A DNA stretch of 63,769 nucleotides, the filler included, from Nemertoderma westbladi (Eukaryota; Animalia; Xenacoelomorpha): the NCBI GenBank assembly GCA_032718475.1. It is 3 parts of 3 records of this genome, joined end to end, with 100 filler letters (N's around TTAATTAATTAA, not from the genome) between each part and the next. Parts side by side here need not be neighbours in the genome. Positions count along the whole stretch, not along the records: positions 32,067 to 53,846 come from JAUCBJ010002895.1; 2 more parts are not named here. One strand, given 5' to 3'. Below the pieces are notes generated by a model that was given only the letters and a program-made list of their open reading frames with translations, was not told where the DNA came from and searched no databases. The translations under genes and the position numbers were made by a program. Of this stretch, positions 38,627-52,122 are shown in pieces. Positions within the stretch are counted from its first letter, which is position 1. Each line of letters opens with the position of its first letter.

Positions 38627-40077
38627 AAGACAATATCGCTGGAGTTACAGTAATTCTAGAATCCAATGATTATGATACATCGATTACACCGGATGGGAGG
38701 GACCAACACAATTTCAATGATATCTTGTTATCATCGTTAGCAACGTGTACTGCATTACGGTTAGCAATGATCTCGGTATCGCTATTTAGGCGATGATTTT
38801 GCTGGAGGAACAGAGTAATTACTAACTGAAACTTGTATGGCATTCCCAAATGTTATTGGGATACCCTTAATATTTTGAGGACCTTCACTTTTCATATTTT
38901 TCACTCTTCACTATCTGCACTCATCCACTCCGCTCTGACATCGTCCGAACTGATTCAGATAGTGGCATGCCGCTTTTAGGAATTCATCTTATGCAATTTA
39001 TTTATAAAACACTGAAGTTATTCGCTTATAAATTATTAATAATCAATTAATTTATCGATGGTATAATATTTAGTTTAGAAAAGAATGCAAAAGAAACTCC
39101 AGTGTTTTTTAAATAGATCGCATAAAATCGTGCTAACTGATCAACAAGTCCATGAACAGTAAGATTCTCTGAGACAATAGCGGATGGTGCTTCAGCTATG
39201 TACGGTTAGTTGACAAAGAAGGAGCTAACCCAACTCACTCCATCTCTCTCCAGGGGAAAATCGACACAAAGAAACTATAACCTGTTCTATTGTCTTTCGT
39301 TTTTTGTTTTGGTTAGGATAACGTATAACAGTAATCCGTCGAACCTTTTTCGTACTTGACAATTAAGTAAATTCTCACCTTTCTGGCAAGACTAGAAACT
39401 TTATTCCGCAATATTGTGATTTATTATTTTACAATTAATTATTAATATCTTACTTCGCGGGACAGATACCAGAAAATAACGTTTCCCCATTCAGAGTATT
39501 CCAAACCAAATTTATTTAATTTTATTATTGCAGATCTCAACAAAACGTACCTTCATTAAAATCAATATTTGTTCGTCCCTTAACATTTATGAATGTTGAA
39601 CGTGATAATAAAATGATTATTGAAAATGGAACCATTCAGGCTTCATCAGTCGGAAAGTTATTGATAGGGAGTGGATATGGGCTGGAAGGTCGGGATAGTG
39701 GGAACCTGGATACCGATGACTTAGATCAGGGAGATCTTGGAGGAGATAATCCGGAAAAACCGTCGGACCAAAAAAGCTTCGGTATCACAGAGGAACAGAA
39801 GCGCTATACAATACAGGGGTACTCCGGTTCTTCGTCTAAAACATTTAACATATCGGAATCCAAGTTCCGTTCCTCCGATTCCGGTAGAGAACTTGACAGG
39901 TGTATACAGGTTGATAGCGAACCGTTGATAGATCTGGGTAGATTGATGAATTTGGTTGAGTACAGCTCGCAGCGATACGAGATAGAAGGGGCACAATCGA
40001 CAGCGGCTCCATTGGAGAAGAATAGTTCCACGGATGTTACAGAGGATGGGAGCTCCAATGAAAATGGAGGGAATTAA
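38627..40077 (+). CDS. Last two exons (38627-38759, 39534-40077) of an unidentified, low-complexity acidic/Ser-rich protein
   Basis: TTTACAG and TATTGCAG acceptors, GTTAG donor, compatible phase 2, and a 181-codon open terminal exon. No recognisable domain. Confidence 0.45.
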
Positions 40078-40919
40078 TTGAGAAACGATTCCGAAACATA
40101 CAGTTGTTACCGCCGTTACAGTATGTCCTTGGGGACTTACTTATCCAAGGGGCTCAAGATACCATATATAAAGAACAAATAGGTATTTACTCGAATAAGC
40201 GCCCCCTCGAATAATTAAGGCCATGTATCAATGCAAGGTTTGTTAGTGTAATGCTATATTAAAGTTTTATTACAGATATTAAATTTTGAATTATACCCCC
40301 CCCCCCCCCCCCCCCCCCCCAAATTGGGAAATTTATAAACTTAACGCCCGGCCTCTTATTCTGTAAGATACGGGGGTAATAATATTATATATGAGGCTTC
40401 GCAAGTAAAGAACTTGATTTTACTACATCAGTTTGAATCATACCAATCGCTTCTAATTAATCAATTTATAATCTTATATTAATATTTTAATCATAGTGAC
40501 ATATTTTTATGTATTAGTATTTTTGTGACTCTGTGTAGGTAAATTAATTAACAATAATTGAGGAAAATCAGCTACATATCTTTGGCGTTTGTTTTGGAAA
40601 TAGTTGGTGAATATTGTAAGTATAACTTACAGTTTTAATAAAGTTAGAATGTATTATGGCTATTTAACAAATAATTATTATAGTTCGTTATTGTTATATT
40701 TATTAACTTAGTTGGTGCTTTTATATAATTATTATTATAAAATAGTAAAGCCAATAAATAAAATATAAATAAAATAGTAAGGCACTTGAGTAAGGCCTAA
40801 TTAATTAATTGTTACATTATGTCAACTTATCAGCGGTGTGATTTCATTGTAACGCTAATAATTAAGCATTCAGAACGCTGATAAGTTGACTTAAGGTTGC
40901 AGAATGATGTACATCTTTG

Positions 40920-42200
40920 TATACACGAAGTGGGGCCTTCGCGCAGCACGTGAAATGAGTTAATGCTAAGTATCAACTCGAAAGGATTATAAAAACATAG
41001 GAGAAGATTTTCCCGGAAAACGTTAACCCTCTAGCGGGAGACTGGGTAACTGAAGAAGGAAGGATTAGTTTCCCTACAAAGCCACATCCTATGGTCTATT
41101 ACATATCTACCAAGTTTCCGATTGACGGATCATAAATAACGAAATGTTGGAAGGTTTTCACTTTCATACATTTAGCCCTCTAGCGGCATATTAAAGAACT
41201 ACGGATCGATCACCTTCCTCACAAAGACGAGGCATGTGGTCTAGTACATACCGGTACTGTATATTCCAAAATTCAGCTTAAATAGATTAAGATCAAGGAA
41301 TTCGCAAAGGTTATCACTTTCCTACATTTCGCCCTCTAGCGGCAGACTCGAAAACTCCGGACCGATTACTGTCCACACAAAGACTTAGGATGTCTTCTAG
41401 TACATATATGACAAGTTTCAGCGTAATCAGATCATAAACAACTAAATGGAAGAATAATTTCACATTCGGGACATTTCGCCCTCTAGCGGCAGACTGGAGA
41501 ACTGCAGACAGATTAGCCTCCTTTGAAATTTACAGCTAATGGTCTAGTACATACTTCCCAAGTTTCAGCTTAAACGGATTAAAAGCAAAGAAATGGGTGG
41601 CCATTTAATGTTTAGACATGTGGCCCTCTAGCGGGAGACTGGAAAACTTCGGACCGATTACAATCCACACAAAGACTCAGGATGTCATCTAGTACATATA
41701 TGACAAGTTTCAGCGTAATCAGATCATAAACAACTAAATGGAAGAATAATTTCACATTCGGGACATTTCGCCCTCTAGCGGCAGACTGGAGAACTGCAGA
41801 CAGATTAGCCTCCTTTGAAATTTACAGCTAATGGTCTAGTACATACTTCCCAAGTTTCAGCTTAAACGGATTAAAAGCAAAGAAATGGGTGGCCATTTAA
41901 TGTTTAGACATGTGGCCCTCTAGCGGGAGACCATTGCACTGATGGTGTCTGAAAGTCTCTCAAAAATCTCAACTTTTGCTCATATTGATACCTACAAATT
42001 TTCAACTTGGCAGCTTTAAATCCGACAAAGTTATTAGCATGTCAAAATCGTAACGACGACGACAACGACGACGACGACAACGACGACGACGACAACGACG
42101 ACGACGACGACGACGACAACTATTTGCATAAATTGACCCACCCCCTAACAGTGTCAATTCGCTAAGGCTCCGCCAACTTCGTGGCTCGCCCCAAAAGCCC
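40920..42200. mobile_element. Non-autonomous Helentron/HINE-like element with a central ~147-bp tandem array and (ACG)n microsatellite
   Basis: Seven CCCTCTAGCGG monomers (41027-41916), including an almost exact 292-bp dimer; (ACG/ACA)n at 42052-42120; short inverted CACGAAGT/ACTTCGTG near the ends. Confidence 0.6.
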
Positions 42201-44261
42201 AATGTGATACTTTTCACACAATAATGGTGTGAATAGATTATTACTCTAAATTTCAAACATAATTATTATTATTTTCCTTCCCCTCTAATTACAACAGAGG
42301 GGTGTCTACCGGTATCAGTTGAACCAATATGTTCTCAATTATAAATAATTCTTGTCGAAACTCTTTGGTTATCTAATTGGTTCGATACTTATTAGTTATG
42401 TAGCCCTTATACTGAAATTAAATTCATGGTTTTTTACATCTTTATTTATATAATTTGTTTGTTCATATTTTTTGTTGAGAATATATATATTTTTAAATTA
42501 GTAATTTATTACATGGTAATTTAATTAAGTTAATTTTTGATTAAGTTTTATTTAATTGAGCTGCGAGTAGTTTAGTAGTAGTAATTAATCGCCAAATTAT
42601 ATTTATATTTGTAATATGATAGTTTAAGAATGACATTACCAGTATGGCTCCCATTATGTACTGGAGTTATGCAGTCATTGGCTGGTAATTATAATATTTT
42701 GTATATATTATTAAATCAGTATTAATAATGAATTAAGAATAATTATTTAATATTATTTATTATTATTTATAATTTCGACCAATTTAGGTTTAGGTATCAT
42801 ATCAAGGTCGTTCTTCTGTGTTAACTTGCTACTGTTAATAGTTATGTTTCAGTTTGTAACTTCAATTGTCCACTTTTCCATCTAATTGAGGAGCTGTGTT
42901 GTGTTATGCTAAACTCTTTCGAGACACAGTTTGATCACACATACCCCGTATTAATGCGATGATTGACTGGGATTTAGATAAAATACTAATACATATGTAC
43001 ATACAAACATATAAACCTACTAGCAGGCATCGCCGGCAAGACTCATACGTTGTACCAGCAGGGTGCTGCAGGGTTTAGGCAATTACTCGTTACTCATAAG
43101 TTTTTAATCGTTTGTTAAATGATAATTATTTATAATACAAAGAAAAGAACCCTGCGTAGCATCACGATGTATTCTGCTGTAAGAGCCCGTAGTGGCTGCC
43201 ACAGGCTCAACTGCGCTGCCGCGAATAAATTTACGTTAAGGTAATAAGGTTGGCTTCCATATGAGTTCCCTTCCCCTTTGATTAATGCCGGCCAGCCTTG
43301 CTCTCCGTATTCGGAGGTATTCAGCTGACCGAATCCAAGACCAAGGTAGAAACTTCTACATGACTAACAAGGAGTTCCAACAACTGAACACATACTGACG
43401 GTTGTTGGTGTGACCTGCTGGGTGGAATCCAACTTTACACCCAAAATGTGGTCTTTGTAGTATTTGTAGCATAAACCTGGAGCCGAAAAGAGCCGAAATG
43501 AACTGAAAATGCGTAAAGCTGCCGTAACGAAATAAAAAGTTATACAAAATGTTTGGAAATTGAAATTAGTCAATATAATATATAGTTATTTTATAAAATA
43601 AATAATTGCACAAAGCAATAACACTATGCCTACTCCATCACCAAGGTTAAGTGCTAAAACGTCTGGTTTGTCCACTAATGTGATGTTTTAAAGTAAATGC
43701 GTTATTAAGCTTCTAATGTAAACCAACAATAAACACAAATGAGTTAATTTAACAGTACATATAAAAAAAACCATTGCAAAATATTCCTAGGCCTTTAATG
43801 TTATTTATAGCTCGCCTAATTGTCTAACATAAACTATTGCGCCTTGCGATATAATATATAGCAGCTCCAACTCTAATTATATACAGTAAGATAAATATGT
43901 TGAGGCAGGAATAATGGTACGTAATATTAGGAAGCACAGTTTGTGATTTAGAAAAATTAATTACAATGCGAATTATTATAAATTCCAAAATCGGGTGTAA
44001 TAAGTCATACATAATTATACGCCAACACTCCCCCCGGCCCCATTCGGTTAATAATAAATAATAATTTTTATTAAATTAATAATTAACATTAAATTAATAA
44101 GTAACGTTAAATTAATAATTAACATTAAATTAATAATTAATATTAAATTAATAATTAACGTTGAATTAATAATTAATCTTTAATTTATCAACAATCTAAT
44201 CTTTTTAAAATCTTTATATAATAATTATTACCGATACATATAAATAAATAGAACTGATGAT

Positions 44262-46199
44262 TTATAAGTATTCTGTGTTGCATTCGTCGTATATATGATT
44301 CATACTTGTGTATCCGTTGCTATCGACACGCTTTGGATAATAACGACTACTAATTGCGTCGTCTGATTCATCTTCCAGTTCACAGGTGTTGTCATCCGTG
44401 TTCTTCTTACTATTAGTCGCTATGTCAACTGTTACAGCTTCCTTTACGCGGGGTTTAACCACGGCCGTATAAAAACACATACGAGGATCACTAGGTTCTA
44501 GAATGTCGTCATCACTGTTGCTATGGGTGCTAGGTTCGATCGATATGGGTTTGAACGAGGTTCTGGGGTCTAGTTCCGGTGAGCGGGGGCGTTTAGGGCC
44601 TCCACCCAGGGCTGAGACGCCCATTATAGGGGGAGATAGTTCGGGTTGTGCGAACGAGCTGAGTTGCGGGGGGCGGTTTAGTTGCGGGGTTCGGGTGCGG
44701 TTGGTGGCCACTGTGGCGGGGTAGCACCGACGTTGTAGCGTCGCCGCGTAGCCACGACCCTGCAACAGCGGTGGCGTTCCTCCATTCCGGAGTGTTCCGT
44801 GCATTGGTGGTGTTCCACCGGTTCGATCGATTCCATACATTGGTGGTGTTCCGCTGTTCCTCACCGTTCCATACATTGGTGGTGTTCCGTTGTTCCTCAC
44901 CGTTCCATACATTGGTGGCGTTCCCCCATTCCTATCCGATCCGTACCTGCGCTGCGCAGTGCCCGGGTACCCACCGTGCCCCGTACCCGGGTACCCACCC
45001 TGGTAGAGCCCTGTCCTAGACGGTAGACGGGGCAGGGGGTCCGGTGTGTATACGAACGACCGCGCTCGACTATTGACGGTCGCGTATTCTTCGTACGTCG
45101 GTGCCGGCCCGCTACCGACGATAACCTCAATAGGGTCGGTACCATCCGTGTATACATCGCTGTCCCGCTTGAGTCGTCTCTTCCTGCGAACCACGCACAC
45201 CGCCACTAGTATCGCTATGGCGACAAACAACAACAAACAACCCACCGCACCACCTAGTATAAGCAATAGATCGGGCTGATTTTCATTCGTTTGCTGTTCT
45301 CTATTATTGTAACCAGTTTCAACAATAACAGGGTTTTCTGCATTAATTGATACCGAAGATGTTGGCAGGAGGTGTATACGGACAGTGCACGACTTATCTT
45401 GTCCCACAGACACGCGATTACGTACTCGACAAACATATAACCCCTCTACTTCGTGGTCACTGCCCTCCATAAATTTGAGTCTCAATGTTTCCGTATCAGC
45501 CGTGGATACTTTCTCCTCAAGGTAATGTTGACCCTTTACGAAATTATTTTGAGTGGAATTCCCGCCGATAGACCAATGAAACAGACTGTAGACATTATGT
45601 ATGTCGTTAGGGGAAGGTAGCCAATCAGCGACACCACAGGTTAATACAGCGAGGTTGCCCTTGGACACGGGGCAGTGGACCTCGCTACCAGAGCCCTCTA
45701 CCGTAGAGCACCCGCATTTGGGACCCGCCACTGTGGCGCTCGAAACGCACAGCTTAGGATCGAAAGCGGCCCCCGTGTGACTTTTACGACCGTCTGGATA
45801 ACTTGTTTCAACTTCACACTTAAATTCACCACCGAGTTCCTGATTGCTGAGATTGCTGAATTTAAAGATTACGCTATTACTCCCTGTATCAACCGTTAAC
45901 CACACAAACTCATTATTGTAGCGCGAAGAATACACTAGACCTCCTGAGTTTGCTTTAGTTTTCACTATATCGACTGTTGTACCATCAGATTTTAACAAAA
46001 TTGAGACGGTGACATTTCCGTGAGTGTAAAGGTTTGAGTATGTAATGGCTTCGTCGGTGCATTTCAGGGTTAGGATGTCCCCTAGGTCTACACACGTGCG
46101 TGGGGTAGGTGTCAACTTTGTAAATGATGACGCAGCCTTAGTTGATTGTAAAGAAGAAATTATCAGAACCATTAGAAAAACGCAAGCGCATTCCATCAC
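44262..46199 (-). CDS. Single-exon type I membrane protein with two Ig-like domains and a Tyr/Pro-rich cytoplasmic tail
   Basis: 645-aa ORF: signal peptide; Ig-type Cys pairs (LTLKC...GEFKCEV; LTC..FHW...EGLYVCRV); TM LLLILGG...VAVCVV followed by RRKRR; long tail with Yxx-hydrophobic and PPxY motifs. Confidence 0.85.
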   Translation of the reverse strand: MMECACVFLMVLIISSLQSTKAASSFTKLTPTPRTCVDLGDILTLKCTDEAITYSNLYTHGNVTVSILLKSDGTTVDIVKTKANSGGLVYSSRYNNEFVWLTVDTGSNSVIFKFSNLSNQELGGEFKCEVETSYPDGRKSHTGAAFDPKLCVSSATVAGPKCGCSTVEGSGSEVHCPVSKGNLAVLTCGVADWLPSPNDIHNVYSLFHWSIGGNSTQNNFVKGQHYLEEKVSTADTETLRLKFMEGSDHEVEGLYVCRVRNRVSVGQDKSCTVRIHLLPTSSVSINAENPVIVETGYNNREQQTNENQPDLLLILGGAVGCLLLFVAIAILVAVCVVRRKRRLKRDSDVYTDGTDPIEVIVGSGPAPTYEEYATVNSRARSFVYTPDPLPRLPSRTGLYQGGYPGTGHGGYPGTAQRRYGSDRNGGTPPMYGTVRNNGTPPMYGTVRNSGTPPMYGIDRTGGTPPMHGTLRNGGTPPLLQGRGYAATLQRRCYPATVATNRTRTPQLNRPPQLSSFAQPELSPPIMGVSALGGGPKRPRSPELDPRTSFKPISIEPSTHSNSDDDILEPSDPRMCFYTAVVKPRVKEAVTVDIATNSKKNTDDNTCELEDESDDAISSRYYPKRVDSNGYTSMNHIYDECNTEYL

Positions 46200-47789
46200 G
46201 TATAATTTTATTTAATTATAATTTTATTTTATTGATTAATACCTACAATCCAATTAACATTAATTAAATAAGGTTACAAAATATTTTCCACGAATACGAA
46301 ATTGTAATAATTACTATTTACTAAAGTATTTAATTGTCATTATAAGCTAAGATAAATAAACTAATTCATTTACCCCGGTTCGCTGTAATTTTATTTAGTT
46401 TAGTAGAGTGTGCACCAAGTGTGAATTTATTCATACTCAGCACTCGGCAGGTAGCTAAGCTACAGGACTGGGAGTTATGCCAGGCCCTTGGCGATGGGAG
46501 GTGTACGAGATAGTTAGATTGACACGTGCTGGGAACAGGTCCTAGGCCTATCCCAGTACCCTAGACTGGCTCACAATGTGGTTAGCCGCCATACAAGTCA
46601 AGTAAGAAGGGCCCTCTCTCCCCTACTTACTACAGGGTTCAATAGACTTTGTTCAATTCTATGGAACGTATCCGCCCCAGTTAGGGGGTGGATGGTAATA
46701 ATAAGCCATTCGGTGCCTGTTAATGCATGTTTACCTTATACAATGGCGTTATCCTACGCCTGCCAGCTATGATGGCTGTGGTTGTCAAGATAAGAGTAAT
46801 TCACGAGTACAGGCGACAAAGGTTTGTCAGTTACTTTCAATAAAATATATAATTACATTCAATCTAGGATCGGATGTTGTAATAAAAGTTTACCTTATAA
46901 ACTCGAACAAGAATGCAATACAAATAGTGTCCAGCAATGAGAATTAAGAGTTTAGATCCCGTACAGTACATTGTTGGTGTTTCTACAATTAACTATATGA
47001 TGTTACTTTATTGTCTTTGTTTTACCCTTTTACACATAGCATACTCAACGTGGCTGCTTTAAAATAGTCAAATTACTTCGAGAAAAAATATAAAAATATT
47101 CACAAGATAAGAAAATCACAACACCAGCATATCTGAGTTAGTATTATTTGATATTTCTCCTGGGCCGTTTTAATAAACAATGGACCAACTTCTTCGAATG
47201 AGGGCATTTCAGAAATGGCTGTAATATAACATTAATTAAATACTTACATTATAACTTTTAATAAACTATAAACTAATATAAAAATTTATCTTTCACTATT
47301 TTTGCAGACAAAACTGCTCTATTCCGACTTATATTCTACACTACACACATACTAATCCATTCTAACCTAAAATACACAAATCCTTGCTGTTCTGACACGA
47401 AACACAGCAACACACATGGGGCTAATTGGTATATTGGGAAAGAGTAATTCTAATTATGTTTGTATTTTGCTTGGGTGGCCCCATATTAACGTAATCCCAT
47501 TTGATTGACTACTAAAACATTCTCCAGAGGAAGAATAAAGAGGATTACAGTTTAAAAACACAGACGTCCACCTCAGGAAATGGAGTTAGTAAGTAGGGTA
47601 AAACAAATATTATTACTATTATTTTATTACTAGCAAAATTATGAGTGTGATTGATGCTTTTCATACGAAAAAAAAACATATAAAAGGCATGTTACGTATG
47701 TACATACAGACGCCATCTGGTTGCTTGAAGATAGTCATATCGGATAGGTGCAAGGATTGGATATAGTAGTATCCAATGCAATGTGAAGC

Positions 47790-47940
47790 CTACAGTAGTG
47801 GCCCACCCTGTTTAATAATATAACTTTTTGTTGGGCATGGGCACAGCTTTTGCAAAGTCGGCAATGACATCTAGGTGGGATCGAACTGGTGCCCTCCGGG
47901 TTGAAAGTCTGACGCTCTAAACATTCGGCTAGCGGCTCAG
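47790..47940 (-). mobile_element. tRNA-derived SINE
   Basis: A-box-like TAGCCGAATG and B-box-like GTTCGATCCC followed by a non-tRNA body also present at 30630-31035. Confidence 0.65.
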
Positions 47941-49031
47941 GTAAAAGATAAACCTGGAAATACAATCTGATTTTCTGTTATCTCTCTGTCCCAAGCCTGT
48001 TTTTTTTTTATATAAAAGTCAGATAGTCGCGCAAATGAAAATAGTGATCTTCAGCGCAAATTGACTGCAAGTGAAAAATGTATAGTTTATTGTTTTGGTT
48101 AGAAAACAACGCCAATGTAACCTGGTCATTTCCCTTAATGTTTTTAATTAAATTCAACTAAATTTTCAAATCCACTAAAATTTATTTTGTGTCTGCGGTC
48201 ATTTTGCGCCATTGACTCAAAAAAAGGACACAATTGCAAAATTAATTGAGAGAAACTAGACAGTAATAATTATAATTATAAACATTTTTATTGGAACTGT
48301 TGCTCTGGATTGAAAATACATATTTATAATATGTGTTGGCCTAACTTAAAGGTAAATAAAATATTACAGTACATCCCATTAAGCTACTATTGGGATTACT
48401 CTATTATAATTTCTACATGCTCAAATATAAATATTGTCAATCTGCAATCTATATTAAAAAGTTTTACCCTAATATTTGAGTATAGTGATCAAATATTTGA
48501 AGTTTAACTTTAAACTCATCAGCATTCTTATCTATTTACTAAGTCGTCCGAAGTCAATCATTATAATACCCGATCATTCTCCCTGCTTACTGATAATCTG
48601 ATACGGCAATGGCAACATTATTTTTTCCCTCTAAATTAATTGTCCTAAAAATTGAATGTTTTTGTGTGAATGTAAATTGAATAATAAGTATATAATGTCG
48701 CGAATTAATATATCGTTTCAATGTTAACTTTATCAATTAAGGGATAGGAGCAGGTTACAGTGGTACGCTATTCTAACCAAAACAATAAACTAAAATCAAT
48801 ATAACAGTTTTATTTTGGAGAGTATTAAGCTGATATTTGCGTCTATTTTCCCCTGCAGGCAGGCAGAGGGTTGAATTTTGATATGCTTATCTGAAAAAAT
48901 AGATAATTGATATCTATCAGCGGACAATGGACATTGACACAATGATGGGTACGTGGAATGACACGATATAAACCTATCAGATTGGCAGATTGATTTAATT
49001 ATTTTGGAAACATCGATTTAGATGTATTGAG

Positions 49032-49303
49032 CAGATAGGGGGGGGGGGGGGGGGGGGGGGGGGAGGACTGGACGCAATTAAAATTCATCCCTCTCCAGGG
49101 GAAATTGGACGCAAATAATAGCTGATTACTCTCAAAACTAAAACTGTAACCTGTTCTATTGTGTTCAGTTTATTGTTTTGGTTAAAATAACGTGCCACTG
49201 TAACCTGCTCCTTTCCCTAAATTGAGAATTTAACATTGAGGCGGGATATTAATTCGCCAAGGCGGGTTTTGCGTCCAGTCCCCCCCCCCCCCCCCCCTGT
49301 CTC
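49032..49303. mobile_element. MITE with poly-G/poly-C tracts and perfect 8-bp TSD
   Basis: TSD GTATTGAG at 49024-49031 and 49304-49311; inverted GGACTGGACGCAA / TTGCGTCCAGTCC. Related fragments near 39240-39330 and 48730-48860. Confidence 0.85.
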
Positions 49304-51574
49304 GTATTGAGAGGGAATTGGTTGAAAAGTCATTTGCTAAATTGATGAATGTTCAAATGTTTTCCCTGTATTATGTGCCCGAAACCAGTTTACAACAATT
49401 AAATATTAATTAAATTTCAAAACTCTTTATTAGTTAGTCTCTTTACAACCACTAAATACATCAATAATAATTACAAACAATAAATGACAAGAAAAAAACA
49501 TTAGCATTTATTCTAAATAAATTTTATGTATCTATAGTAAATACATCTTGTGGATATGACCACAGATTCATTAATTATTTTTACATGAAGTAATACTAAT
49601 AATGCTAAATTGTAGCATTAGCACCTTGACGGACAGTATGTGATGATACTAAAACTACAACAAATCAACTTGAACAAACAAACAAATAAACACAAACATA
49701 TATACAAACTATTGATGTACAATGTGTTCCATACACGTAAAGAGTAACTAGTATCTAACTATATAGGCATTTCACTAGTATCACATAAACTATTATATTA
49801 CAGAGGGTTCGGAAAAAACACACAATCAAAAAGTTATCAGTTCTTTCAATCAAATAATCACAATGACAAAACGTATTTCAGGCACTAAGCAGAGTAACTG
49901 ACAGGGATATCAAAACGAAACGGATGAAATATATACCGGTATATAAAAAAAAACTACTAACAGCAACGAAATTAATAAAGTTTGTAACGAGTTGGTGTGG
50001 TGTAAATGGTGAGCAACCAATTAAATTGAGAGTTGACCATTAATTAACAACGGGTGCTAATTGCTATACTTCCCATTTGTTTGTTAAAATTTATTTCTAG
50101 CTGTTTTGTAATTTTGCTAAAAGAGAAAAAGAGACGAGAAAAGTTAAAAAAGGCAGAATTTTAGAAAATAAAATTCGAAAGTTAAACAAATGCCGTTAAT
50201 TCAAAAACTAAACCGAAGGATAATATATTTAGTTTTAGTTTCATTTTGTTTTAGATCCCTATAGTGGGTAATAAACACAATACGCAACGACAAATCGAAA
50301 AGCGTAAACTATTTCTCTATAAAAAGGGAAATAAATATATATATTTCCCTCATAAAAGATTAACTATGTACGATATCCAATGATAATAAAGATATAGTCA
50401 AAATATATTCCTACAAAAACTAATATAATTGTAAATTATATAAGATTCAATAGCAGTATCTCAAAATTATAATGATTGAATATAATATCTCAGGTCAATT
50501 ATATAGAATGTTTGTAAAATTATTATAATTAAGTAATTAACTAATAAAAACTCTCAACACGGGGAATTAAAACCAAATAACCGTATATCATTAACCCTGT
50601 ACAGTACAGACATAGCAGATTCAAGTTTATGGAAATGTTTACGATGTTTTCAAGTAATAATAATAATATGCCATTGGGTCACCTCGCACCCAATTTTTAG
50701 GTTTGATATTGATGACGCATCAATTTTGGCTTTAAATTTACCTGATATAACTGAAACCAGCGTAACATTTCGCCACTCAAAAATGCTACGTAATATTTTC
50801 AGCACCTTAAACCACAGCGGAGTTATATTCCTTCCTTACGGTAATTAATTATCGCAGGGGGATTAGTCAACAAGCGAGCATTACCACCGGTCCACTAAAG
50901 AATAGTGCAGATAGTATGGCGTCGGCAAATCAAAGTTTCTTGAAAATATGTAAGTCACCACCCCATCGATTGTATGGAATTATTGAATCATTACCGATCT
51001 ATAGTCGCCGTATATTACATATGTTACTTAGGTAACGGGTATACCTCTACCTCTCCTAATTGTACATAATAATTTGCACCAAATTAATATCGTTCTTACA
51101 GAAACATCAGCTTATGGACTGGTGCGCGATGTACAAGCGCAATATAATATTCTGCGATTCCAGAGTTATATTTCTAACATTAATTAATGTTGTGGCGAGT
51201 GTATAATGTGTCTCGTTTTCGTTCGGGAATGATAGACATCTCGGCCATTACGAGATTTATAAAATCGGCCAATGATTGCGATACATATTGTATCGGCAGG
51301 CAGAACTGGACCTAAATTATGCTGAAAGTGAAAGTGATAAAAGTCTGTGTTTCAAACCGATAAACAAAAGATAAATGACATAAATAAATCGCATAGAATG
51401 ACAGTCGAGTTTATTCAGTTTAAGAGTCGATAATGAACAAACTCGAGAGTCGAGACAGAGTTAATGGCCGAATCAGGAATTACCAACAACTACAGAAGAC
51501 CACGTAACAGTCACAAAGTAACAAATTAATATTTATTGGAGACGATTAGCATATTTTAATAAACACATTTTCAC

Positions 51575-51800
51575 TTCGGCCTCTGTCCAACCGATCGGCC
51601 TCTGTCCAACCGATCGGCCTCTGTCCAACGGATCGGCCTCTGTCCAACCCATCGGCCTCTGTCCAACCGATCAGCCTCTGTCCAACCGATCGGCCTCTGA
51701 CCAACCGATCGGCCTCTGTCCAACCCATCGGCCTCTGTCCAACCGATCGGCCTCTGTCCAACCGATCGGCCTTTGTCCAACCGATCGGCCTCTGTCAGAT
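51575..51800. repeat. 20-bp GC-rich minisatellite (~11 copies)
   Basis: Unit TCGGCCTCTGTCCAACCGA(T). Confidence 0.95.
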
Positions 51801-52122
51801 CGATCTCCATCATGCATCAACCAGTCGGGAACGAACTCCAGAAAGAACCCTAGACAATGTAACCCTACTAATGTTGTACCATAAACTAACACTTTACATA
51901 CAGAAACTATTGTTTCCTAATTTCTAAACGGATTAATTATAACTGCCATTGAAATAGCCAAATATGACCTCTAGCTATAATTGGTCAAGCAAACTAACTA
52001 AGGAGAAGGACTAACTAATTATGTTATAAACAAAAGGACTGTAAAATAAAAATATATAGTGAGTAATAATAGACATGGCAAAAAATCAATTTGCACAAAT
52101 TAATCATATCGAAATGTTATTA

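Noticed and set aside
42002-42256. Protamine-like Arg/Cys-rich ORF
   Set aside because: Translation of a (CGT/TGT)n microsatellite at a transposon end.
47865-47940. tRNA gene
   Set aside because: A and B boxes are present but there is no good acceptor stem, and it continues into a body repeated elsewhere, so it is a SINE head.
51546-51892. Repetitive ORFs (DRGRSVGQRP...)
   Set aside because: All three frames read through a 20-bp minisatellite.
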